Shown piece by piece: positions 13,201 to 24,800 of a stretch of DNA of 64,000 bases. The translations under genes were made by a program, and so were the position numbers. Below the pieces are notes generated by a model. The model was given only the letters and a program-made list of their open reading frames with translations. It did not search any database and was not told the origin of the DNA. How positions within the stretch are numbered: position 1 is the stretch's first letter; the number at the start of each line of letters is the position of its first letter. This DNA is from Antedon mediterranea (taxonomy: Eukaryota; Animalia; Echinodermata), in assembly GCF_964355755.1 (NCBI RefSeq), contig NC_092671.1, positions 7,068,001 to 7,132,000 of the forward strand, written 5' to 3'.

Positions 13201-13940
13201 CTCAGGGAACTGCAAGTGCCGTTCAGCAGGTCTTTCTTGCACTGGTCTTTGTTACCCATGCCGTGGAACTTGTTCGTCATCTAGCAACTCTGTACCATTA
13301 TAAGTGTTTGTTTCCAGATAAATAATTTCAAAAAGTAAAGTCGATAATCACCTCCGTGTATTATTATGGATGCTAACGCCATAATTGTCAGTCAAATGGT
13401 CTTTTGCCTGTTTACTTAGTCCAGTGATTATTTAGCCAAGTTTGATACAGTATATGTTTTATATACTTTTTTTCAGTGGTTCCTAATATTATGTTAAAGG
13501 AAAGTAACTGGTACAGGATAAATATATATTAGTAGTTTTATTACAAAAATAATGTTGTGGTTCTTATAACTACTGTACAATGTTCATAACATAGCACAAT
13601 ATTGGCGCGTTTTGATTAAAATCCCCTTCAATATGATAATTACATTATTTGACCTATATATTCCGTCTGAAGAGAAATCATATATTTTGTATGTGTGTAT
13701 TGCAATGTACATTTCATGAGTTTTAATTTGATACCAAACTTGGTATGTATACGAAATTTAAGTTTTCTCCAAATTACGTAATACTAAAAAAAGGGCGTGG
13801 TCCAAATGACGTCCTTAAATTGTTCCGATTTTTGGGCACCCCTTCTAGGATTGTTAGATATACCCTAAAGAAGGTTTGTGCCAAATTTGGTGCTTTTGTC
13901 ACAAAGTGCACAAAAAAAGTGCTAAGTTACCCTGCTACTG
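10272..13940 (-). mobile_element. Defective DNA transposon with ~730-750-bp inverted arms and a pseudogenized, intron-containing transposase-like gene
   Basis: Termini are CTGTAGCAGGGT / ACCCTGCTACTG, and 10272-10998 is the reverse complement of about 13203-13940. Minus-strand coding remnants include IPIHIRDM, PIDQSHEQNN, WMVAEPE, DGAAIVH, DIVWDTY, RTVDTDV, FHAFT..SQFFGK and a C-terminal GNCKC..GLSCTGLC..C.GTC Cys cluster. Confidence 0.85.
10900..13190 (-). pseudogene. Truncated transposon protein (C-terminal part of putative DDE-like domain, PIN/FEN1-like motifs, CXC-like Cys cluster)
   Basis: ORF fragments 12618-13190, 12240-12473 and 11333-11773 lie in shifting frames. There is an in-frame stop near 12495 (FFMH*NQPWPPSL), the expected GCD motif after FHAFT is deleted, and the N-terminal half is missing. 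Domain names are inferred from motifs. Confidence 0.7.
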
Positions 13941-14137
13941 TAGTCATTATGCGTATCGTTGTCTTGTAGGCGTTTCTATTTTTAAAATGCAGACGATATT
14001 GCCTACACTTTTGATCTAAGCCCGTTGCGAATCATTCGACAGGGCTAATTTATCACCGTTCTCTATCCGACACAGGTTTGATGGTTTCCAGGTTCAGAAA
14101 ACGACCGACGACACATCAAATTGACCTTACCTTAGTT

Positions 14138-14206
14138 GGTCGTAGGTCGTAGGTTCTCGGTCCTCGGTCGTAGGTTCTCGGTTCTCGGTCGTAGGTCTTC
14201 GGTCAT
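14138..14206. repeat. Short 7-mer subrepeat array (GGTCGTA/GGTTCTC), probably an orphan TIR of a Foldback/MULE-like element
   Basis: ggtcgtaggtcgtaggttctcggtcctcggtcgtaggttctcggttctcggtcgtaggtcttcggtc. The 7-nt periodicity matches the TIRs at 9370/10194 but the sequence differs. Confidence 0.55.
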
Positions 14207-15883
14207 CGTAAATTGAAAGCAATTCGTACTAATACTTAGGAGTCACTTGGGACATTAAGCGCGGCCGTACATTTTGTATCAATTGATAACTACTGAGGTT
14301 TGTTATTCAATTATAGTGGTGATAATGACAATCAGTAAAATACAATGCTTTCTTGAATTGAAAAACCCTTGTTTTAGTCTCCTACATTAAGTGCACCTTC
14401 AGCTGTGTCGAGAATGTAGCAATATAATAAACATAAAATATTGTATACGAACTAGACACAATCTTGATGACGACAAATTCTAGTCGGGTCCAAATTTCGC
14501 GCTTTTTCGCATGCTGATTATCATTTACATAATCAAATTATTTTAATTAATACGTACTCAAAAACGACTACTTAAACACATTAAGGTTGAATATCCAATT
14601 TTATTTGGTTCTCAATATATAATGTCTATATTACGCATAGACGATTTTGTCAAAAATGCTGGCAAATGAAAGACTTTCTATAATTTTGCCAATTTTCTTA
14701 CACGTACAACGAAAATGTGTGCATTTTATCAGGTGTTTGGTTAATTATCTGCTACTAATGGTTAATTTAAAGAACATCTGTAATTATCCATAACAAAACA
14801 CGTGATTTAATCGTGATCAAAGTACAGCAAAACAATAATATTGGTGGCCTACATGAATTATCCATAAGTTGGCCACAGTAAATTATGATTTTCTGACATT
14901 TGTTTGATTCACACTAGTATGCTTTTTCTCCAGATATGCACATCTTAATTTAGCCGTTCGAGTGTCCACACGCTGCCTTTTACAGTTTAGCTCCTTCTCT
15001 AACGACCAGTTATAGTAACACTGTAATTCGGTTTAATCTATCTCAGGGGAGAGGGGTTAGTTCCCAATTCTGGACGTCAACACAAGAACGTACTCCCAAT
15101 TAAGCCCTAATTTATTAAACCCATCATAACGCGATAGATTGTCATTTGTAATTGGTCAATTTCCTTTCGTTGCGCCTACGTCATTGCGTTGCGTTCAACA
15201 AAACAAAGCGCGTAATCAAAATGCTTGTGTACGTGTCCGAACAGTGATATCAGTACCCGATACAAAATAAACAATTATATAACACCTGATGAATGTCGTT
15301 TTAAATAAAGTTAATTTTCAATTTAATTCAGTGTGATTAGTTTCCATCTTTAGAATACAATAGGCCTACAACTGTCATACTCGCATCTACGACGTATCGT
15401 ATAATTAACGACGGCGTATCATAAAAACAGATACACACAGTTTGACATACAATTTTATATAAATGAGCAGCATTCTTCTTCTATCAAACTACTTATAGGT
15501 TTAGCGAAAATGTTAACGGTAGCTCAATTTGTATTGTATTATTTATAGATAGCTATGAAAGTGGTGGAGCGAAGGAAGAACACAAATATGGTGGCCTACA
15601 TATCTTGGTTAACATAGATTATTCTGTATAAAGCTCGTCTCACTATCGAACTTTATGCGACAAAAATGTGATGTGCTAATTATATGGACATGATGATATC
15701 ATTACCACTACCATATTTGGGCACATTACACACAAACTAGTTTGATAGTGTAGACATAGCTTAAGGCATGGAATGGTTAAGCCTAATATTTGTATTGATA
15801 GAAGTGTCCCATTCCAAATTTAAAAATTGATATGAAAGTAAAAAATTGAATTGTGCGTTTGTATTTGTCCACATTCTCTAGTT

Positions 15884-18800
15884 CTAAGCCAATCCGACCA
15901 GAAAATAAGTTGTAACTGACCCAATACCCTGAAATAAAAATAAAAAAAATAAAAAAACTTAAGTTGATGTGTACGGTACTCTTTTCTATTTCAAACCGTC
16001 GCTTTTTTTTCTTCTTTTATTCATAATTTATCCCTCATTTTGAGGACAATATGATTGATTACGAACACACTAAATTCAGAAATAACAAAATGCATTTTTA
16101 CCAAACTATTGAAGAATATTAGTACTTATATTATATTATTACATAATAATATACCGTACAGTATTATGTACGAAGAACTATTTAAGTATTATTAGTAATA
16201 TCGTATTGTAATATGCGTAAAAACGTTACACAAACCTTAAGATTGACATTTCCTCGTTTTTTAAATGTGAAAACACCAGATTTTGAAGCAATTCGATGAC
16301 ATTCAGAACTAACATGAATTTTGAAAGCTGTAATACAAATTAAAAATTGATTAATTACTTTGTACGGCATCTTCATTTAAATCCAGAGCAATCACAAACA
16401 TCAAGAGAAAACACTGCTACAATTCTTGGAGGTTAAAACCTTAGAATATCACAATATCATTTAATATAAAAAAATGTGATAAAAATGTTATTAAATTTTA
16501 TATTACCTTATCTAAATACAATAAGTAAAACATTAAGTAATACGAAGTGTATTATACGCTGCACTATATGCATTATTATAATAACTTATCTAACTACATT
16601 AAACTAGATCTAATTTAAGTAAACGTGCATAATTCAGTAATATGCCATTTAAGAACCCCAACCTGGGATGATACACAAAATAAACCAGGATGGCTTAACT
16701 AATATAATGCTATGAATATTAAATTAGGAAATTAAGGATATTTCTAGTTGAATTATGAATGTGGTTATACCTGATGTTTTATGTTAAAGACATCAATGCG
16801 CGTTATGGAGGTTTGGGACAGGCGGGTTTGGTAATTAGTGATGTTTTCAGAGGTTTTGGGGAGAAAAATCAGTAATGTTTTCAGGGGTTTTAGGGAGAAA
16901 AACCAGTAATGTTTTCAGGGGTTTTGGGGAGAGAAATCAGTAATGTTTTCAGGGGTTTTGGGGAGAGAAATCAGTAATGTTTTCAGGGGTTTTGGGGAGA
17001 GAAATCAGTAATGTTTTCAGGGGTTTTGGGGAGAGAAATCAGTAATGTTTTCAGAGGTTTTGGGGAGAGAAATCAATAATGTTTTCAGAGATTTTGGGGA
17101 GAGAAATCAGTAATATTTTCAGAGGTTTTGGGGAGAGAAATCAGTAATGTTTTCAGGGGTTTTGGGGAGAGAAATCAGTAATGTTTTCAGAGGTTTTGGG
17201 GAGAGAAATCAGTAATGTTTTCAGGGGTTTTGGGGAGAGAAATCAGTAATGTTTTCAGAGGTTTTTGGGGAGAGAAATCAGTAATGTTTTCAGAGGTTTT
17301 GGAAAGAGAAATCAGTAATGTTTTCAGGATTTTGAGGAGAGAAATCAGTAATGTTTTCAGGATTTTGAGGAGAGAAATCAGTAATGTTTTCAGAGGTTTT
17401 GAGGAGAGAAATCAGTAATGTTTTCAGGGGTTTTGGGGAGAGAAATCAGTAATGTTTTCAGGATTTTGAGGAGAGAAATCAGTAATGTTTTCAGGATTTT
17501 GAGGAGAGAAATCAGTAATGTTTTCAGGGGTTTTGGGGAGAGAAATCAGTAATGTTTTCCGAGGTTTTGAGGAGAGAAATCAGTAATGTTTTCAGGGGTT
17601 TTGGGGAGAGAAATCAGTAATGTTTTCAGAGGTTTTGGGGAGAGAAATCAGTAATGTTTTCAGGATTTTGAGGAGAGAAATCAGTAATGTTTTCAGGATT
17701 TTGAGGAGAGAAACCAGTAATGTTTTCAGGGGTTTTGAGGAGAGAAATCAGTAATGTTATTATTGTTCTCTGTAGTTTAACATAACGTAACTATTTAAAA
17801 AGTGATTTTGATCAAATGAATGAATGTTTGACCGAATTTATGAATCCATTTAAAGGGCCAAAATTTAATACATATGTTAAATACACCCCATGGCTTTCCT
17901 TGAAATATTCTAAAGGAAAAAAGCAAATATATATATATAATGTTATTTATTCAACTTGATTACAACCAAGTTGTTGATGCTGACTTTGTCATTTCCTCCA
18001 ATTTGTTAAATTAATTTGATCTTGATAAATTCAGATTTTTATGTGTTTAAGTAAAATTTTACATCGTTAACCTTCATGTGCCGTTATTACCGATTGGTGA
18101 AAAACAACAAAGATTAACATAGTTGATAAAAATAATGTATTGGAGACTTAGTAAGATTAAACGAACTTAGGTATTCATAAACCCTGAGGACGTGATATAT
18201 TATTGATAATTATAGATAACAGTATACCAAATGAATGTATTTCTCTTTATTACTTACCGTTAATGATACAGTAATCGTTGACAAGTAATTGTATTTAATA
18301 AAGGTCAGTTTTAAAATAAAGAACGTAAATAATTTGAGATATCCGATTGATATTGTACGTAACATAATGATACGCTTCCTCGTTTATTTTATTAAGAACG
18401 GATACTTGATTTGTATATGCCTATTTGTTTAAATGATAATGTCCACCATTTTCAAGTTAACATCATGGTTTTTCCATGCTAAATATTTAATTGATAATAC
18501 CGACATACTATGACTATTGATTTTAATTGAAATCGATATATTTCTCTATGAATAATAATAATAATAATAATATTAATATCCAGGATGTATAAAGCCCCTA
18601 ATGTTGTGAAACCTCTAAGTGCTGTACATAATTATTACCCCGGACATTTATTTAATGTTATCACTTTTTATGTATCTTTTATAATTATTCAAATTCAAAT
18701 TATATTGGTCACCAAAGCTTATTAAAATCTCGAGTTATCGTTATCTTCAATATGGAACGATTAAATAACACGCTCTCTGCTTTCGCTCATTTTTTTGTCA

Positions 18801-21800
18801 TAAGATCCTAACAGTAAAACAGCCAGAAAAGTTAGCAGAGCTTTCGGGCAACACTAGCCCTTTATCAGTGCAAGTGAAGGAATTCCACTTGTGAAGGAAT
18901 TAAAAAAAATATATATTTTTACCAGAATATATTAAAATTGTGGAAGTCATATTTATTATGTTATTGTTTCTAACCATGGTATACAATAACTACCAGTAAC
19001 TCGTACTAATCAATTGTTTTGCTCCTTGATTTCGATCTGAGATGATTTCAATTGTTCAATCCAATTGTCTCAGTTTCTACGAGAACACACACAACCATAA
19101 TTAATATTCAAACTGCATGCACAAACATCACCCACCTAGCATATTATTATTTTGCACTTTTAGTTGAACTTTATAGTCTTACCTTCTCCGGTTGATTCCA
19201 TTCTTGAAGCGTAATTTACCGTGTCCCCGAACAAACAATACCTGGGCATTTTAACGCCAACAATACCTGCAACAACAGGTCCTGAAAATACGTGAAAATA
19301 AATAATAAAATAATGTAACTTAAAGTAAGGTGGTACACACTTAATAGAGAACAGAATACATGTTTAAACCAGTTTAAACCAGTTTCAAAATCTCATCAAA
19401 ATGAGTGATAGAAGAATGTAAGCCATATACTAAATGTAAAGGCCCATTTACACTAGGGCGATAACGATCGACGATAAAAAGATAAAAATGCATTTTTCAT
19501 ACCTAAAACAAAAGAATTTTAAAAAGTTTTCATCCTAGAACTAGAGGATTATCATCTATGTTGCCTTTGATGAAAATAATATTTCCACACGTCCAATCAA
19601 ATGATGTCATGATTATGCTGGCCGCAGTTGCCTTCCATACAATATTTGTGGCGTTTCATATTGTAACTTTTCGCGGCACTGTTTTGCCTGTAGTTAGATA
19701 AATCAATCATAAACTTCAGTCGTACCTTTGTAGGTATTAAAGTTTAACAGTAGAAATTCACAGATGTTTTTCATTGTGCTGCATCCATAGGCTCACAGCT
19801 TTTTACCATACTTACCATACACACATATTCAGTCATTGAATAAAACGGTTATACTTAACGGAGCATTTCTAAGCTGTTTGATTTGTGTCCGTGAAAATGA
19901 TTAGTAAGAGCAATAATATCGTTACAATACAACGATGTTATTGTTTTCATTGATCATGACGTCATTTGATTGGATTTTCAAAAATATATTTTTTATTAAA
20001 TACAGCATATATGATTATCCTATAGTTCTAGAATGAAAAATGTTCTAATTTCTTTCGTTTTATCAAACAAAAATCTATGTTAATCTATTTATCGTTGATC
20101 GTTATCGCCCCAGTGTAAATGGGCCTTTAGTCCCGTATTCATTTCTGAACGTAGTGGAATGAGCTGTTATGAGCTCATTTTACTAAGCCTCGCATTATGA
20201 TGTGGTAGAGCTGCAAGTTCCTTTCCACGCCGCCTTATCCTCTCTATAGTATTTCAACCAGGTACTCACCTACAGCTCAGTAGTTTTTAAATGGTTTTAA
20301 AAATTAAGCCTCATTTTTTCACTTGAGCATTTCTTAACTATTTTGACATAAGCAAAAAGATTTATCATTTTTAACAACCCAAATTTATCTATTTTTACGA
20401 CGCGCAAGAATAGGCGTCTATTTAATTGTCCATTGAAAGTATTTCTACGCATCTCAGAAACTTAAAAGCATGCGCAGAATATAACTATTTTTGTTTTAGT
20501 TTAGTTAGGACTAACTTGTTGAGCTCTTTCGTTCTCTATAAAACACTCCGAAGCTTGACACGCGATTACTATACTTGCATATATCAGTATTTTGTACTCG
20601 TTCAATCAAGCTTTGTGTAACATTGTTGTGTTCTTTAAACAGACAAATATATAATTTATGTATAATAATTTGAATCCAATTAGTAGTGTAATTAAAAGTG
20701 TAGCAAGGAAAAGTATGCAGTTGTGAACAAAAAATTGTTAGTTGTCCCATGACAATAGTGAAATTTAAATATTTTATATATAATAGTTCATTGGACATAA
20801 TAACAAAAGTGCTTCGTTCTCCATTGAAACAAACATTGTGCGAAATTGATAATATTATATATGCATTTGGTAAGGGAAGTATTGTAAGTACCATATTATT
20901 GTATTATTTCCGCCTGATGAAATTGTTTGAACATTATTAACAACCTAATTTTTACCAACCAGTTAGGCCTGCGCTTCTGAAATATAAATTAGTACGGGGC
21001 GCCGTTCGGGACACAAATAATTATATAAACACAATACAGTTATGAGCCCGTAAATGTCATTGAATATTATTTATTCAACATATTATGTTATGTAATGAAA
21101 TATATTATTTGTCATTATGTGAAATTTTGGTTTGGTACTTTCACAGTGAGGGAACTATCACGTTACTAGTTATATAATAATGATGTTGCGTTTGTGGTTT
21201 TACTAAAATGGTACCACAGGTTACCACCTACCTATTTACAACTGACACTACGATATCCTCTCTATATAAAGTTACTAATAATAACAATCCTTAAACTAGA
21301 ATTTAATTCGTCACTTTGACGATCACCTATAATTCGTCACTTTGACGAATTATAGGTGATCATTTTTATCATTTTAATAAAATTAACATTTTTTAAACAT
21401 GCATGTACGTTAACATACGATCGTTAAAAGTTGATGTACGCCATCCTATGACATGATTGCATATACACTATAGTGCTGAGTTCTACCTATGTGTCATACA
21501 ATATGTACAGTATATACTGTATATCTATATACAGTGTAGCATAGGTGAAATTACGGGACTCATATCGTGTTCTAATTTTTTGGTATGATGGAATTTTCGA
21601 AAGATAATGAATTGAGCAAATAAATATAAGGATTGGAAGAAAATTTGACACGTAGAAGCGCAATGCGTGGTCTTTGAAATTTGTATAACTTTGACTAAAG
21701 AAATTTAAAAACTACTTTTTAACTTCAACTGGCCATATGATAACATCCCAACATCTGATAGGCTTAATTTTAATATGAATTCATATCTACATTTCATCAG

Positions 21801-24800
21801 CTTTCATAATAACTTATAATCTTCAAGGTCACCTTTAATTCTGAAGAGCTATAAGATATTCAAATGTATGGTGTAGCTGAAATTACACGACCTAGGTTAT
21901 TCAAGTTTTTACGCGTGATGACGTCATCAAAATAAAAATGTTGACAATTCATTAGAAGAATAATTAATTGAGCAAGCACATACTTAACGTTGTGCGAAAA
22001 TCGGGCTCAAATAACGGAGATGCGCTCTATTGAATGTGATAACCCACACAAAAAGAAAAAAAATCCTAATTTTTAAATTCAAGTGGCCATTTGATGACGT
22101 CATACCATTTTGTACGTCTAATGTGTATATACAGTACATTTGTATCTACAACTTATTGGCTTCCATAATAAGTTAAAAAAATTGGGGGTCATCTGCCATT
22201 CTGAAGAGTTATATTCATTTTAAAGAGTCCTTATTTTTTACCATTTTTAGCACTTTTGTACAATTAGTGTGCGCATTTTGTCATTTTTAACGTGCTCGTA
22301 TAGCGTTATTTTAAGTCGGAATGGACTCAAAATTGGTGAATGTACTAAGGATTGTGAGTAGAATGTGATTTATACATCAAATTTTATTTTTTACGCATTT
22401 TAAGAATCATGCGCACAAAAACGAATTTTTGCGCAGTAATTTTTTTGAAACGCGCAAATGGCCTAATTCATGCTCTAAATTGATCAAAACCTAATTTTGC
22501 GCGTTTTAAATTTTTAACGCGCGATTTCACGTGCATGACCTTGAAACGCGCAACTTTTTATTTGCTAATATTTTTACCCTTGACCTGAAGTTTACCTGTA
22601 GTGAATTTCATTAATATGTCATAATGAATTATGGAGATATGATTGATAATGTGATTTCACAAAATGGCGTATAAATGACGTCACGGATGAGTGATCACGC
22701 TGGAAAGCTGATTAGGATTAAGTTATATTATTTGAAAGATATTCTGAAATTTTGGTAATCATTGAAATTAAACTTTTTGAGATAATTGTTACACAAAATA
22801 GTGTACAGAAACAATAAAAAGAAAAAAAAAAATAATAATAAAGATTTCATACAATAACAATAGGTGATCATTTTATTCTAAATGATCACCTAACTAGAAT
22901 TTAATTCGTCACTTTGACGAATTATAGGTGATCATTTTTATCATTTTAATGAAATTAACACTTTTTAAACATGCACGTACGTTAACATGCGATCGTAAAA
23001 AGCTGATGTACGCCATCCTATGACATGATGCATATACACTTATAGTGCTGAGTTGTACCTATTATGTGTCATATACAATATGTACAGTATCTGTATATCT
23101 ATATACAGTGTAGCAGAGGTGAAATTACGGGACCCACATCATGTTCTATTTTTTTGGTATGATGGAATTATCAAAATAAACTCGAAGATGACAATTTCGA
23201 AAGATAATTAATTGAGCAAATAAATATAAGGATTGGAAGAGAATTTGACACGTAGAAGCGAAATGCGCGCTCTTTGAAATTTGTATAACTTCGACTAAAG
23301 AAATTTAAAAACAACGTTTTAACTTCAACTAGCCATATGATAACATCACAACATTCGATAGGCTTAATTTTTATATGAATTCATATCTAAATTTCATCAG
23401 CTTTCATAATAAATTATAATCATTAAGGTCACATTTAATTCGGAAGAGCTGTAAGATATTCAAATGTATGGTGTAGGTGAAATTACACGACCTACGTTAT
23501 TCAAGTTTTTACGCGTGATGACGTCATCAAAATGAAAATGTTGACAACTCATGAGAAAGATAATTAAATGAGCAATCATATACAAAAAATTTAGCGAAAA
23601 TCGGGCACAAAATAACCGAGATGCGCTCAGTTGAATGTGATAATCTATGACAAAAGAGAAAAAAACCTAATTTTTTAATTTGAGTGGCCATTTGGTGACC
23701 TCACAACATTTTGTACGTCAAATGTGTACATGAATTTATATCTAGAACTCAATGGCTTCCAGAATAATTAAAAAAAATTGGGGGTCATCGTGCATTCTGA
23801 AGAATGATTTTCATTTTTAAAATGCCTTATTTTTCATCATTTTCAGCACTTTTATGCAGTTAATGTGTGCATTTTGTCATTTTTAACATGCTCGTATAGC
23901 GTTATTTTAAGTCGGAACGAACTCAAATTTGGTGAATGTACTAAGGATGGTGAGTAGAATGCGATTTCTACAAAATCGTATTTTGACGCTTTTTAAGAAT
24001 ACGTGCGCGTGCGTTTTTACTTGCTAATATTTTTACCCTTGACCTGAAGTTTACGTGTAATAAATTTCATTAATATGTGATAATGAATTATGGAGATATG
24101 ATTGATAATGTGATTTCACAAAATGGCGTATAAATGACGTCACGGTTGAGTGATCACGCTGAAAAGCTTATTAGAAGTATTTGGAAGATATTGTAAAATT
24201 TTTGTGATCATTGACATTTTACTTTTTGAGATAATTGACACACAAAATCTGTACAGAAAGAAATAAAGCGGAATAAGATTTCATACAATAACAATAGGTG
24301 ATCATTTTATTCTAAATGATCACCTAATTATGTATTATTCTTTGCACAAAATCGATTTACAGTATGTTGACCAGTACTCGTCCCATTGTGCCGAACTTAG
24401 AATTATCGGTTTCTACTGCATTTTCTATAACGGGAAACCGTTCACAATTATAACAAAAAATAAACACAGTACATATTGGACACATTCTATGTTAGTGTAG
24501 GTTGAAACGTTTTGTATACAGTAGGCCTAAACTAATCACAATATGAAATTATTAAATGCACAATCAATAATTGGATTATAACGCGCTGTCCACCTACATC
24601 TGAAGGTAAGTGAAGGTTGACCTACCACTGTGAATACCAATGCGCAGTTGAAGACGTTCTTCGTCACGGTGGCGCACCTTAAAACCAGACATGATGATAC
24701 TAAACAAATTCAACGCCATCGTACAAATATGCGTTGCGTGGCAGTGACCGTTTCGTACCGGTAAGCCACTAACGACCATGTACGCATCGCCTATCGTCTC

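Noticed and set aside
14883-15030. Open minus frame downstream of the cyclase stop as an alternative last exon
   Set aside because: It has no cyclase motif and no convincing phase-0 acceptor.
17215-17418. Repetitive ORF (REISNVF)n
   Set aside because: It is a translation of the 33/34-bp minisatellite, and the frame shifts between units.
18960-19060. IEIK...TSYW-like text resembling the cyclase C-terminus
   Set aside because: The pieces are out of frame with stops, and proper terminal exons exist at 16327-16236 and 15928-15884.
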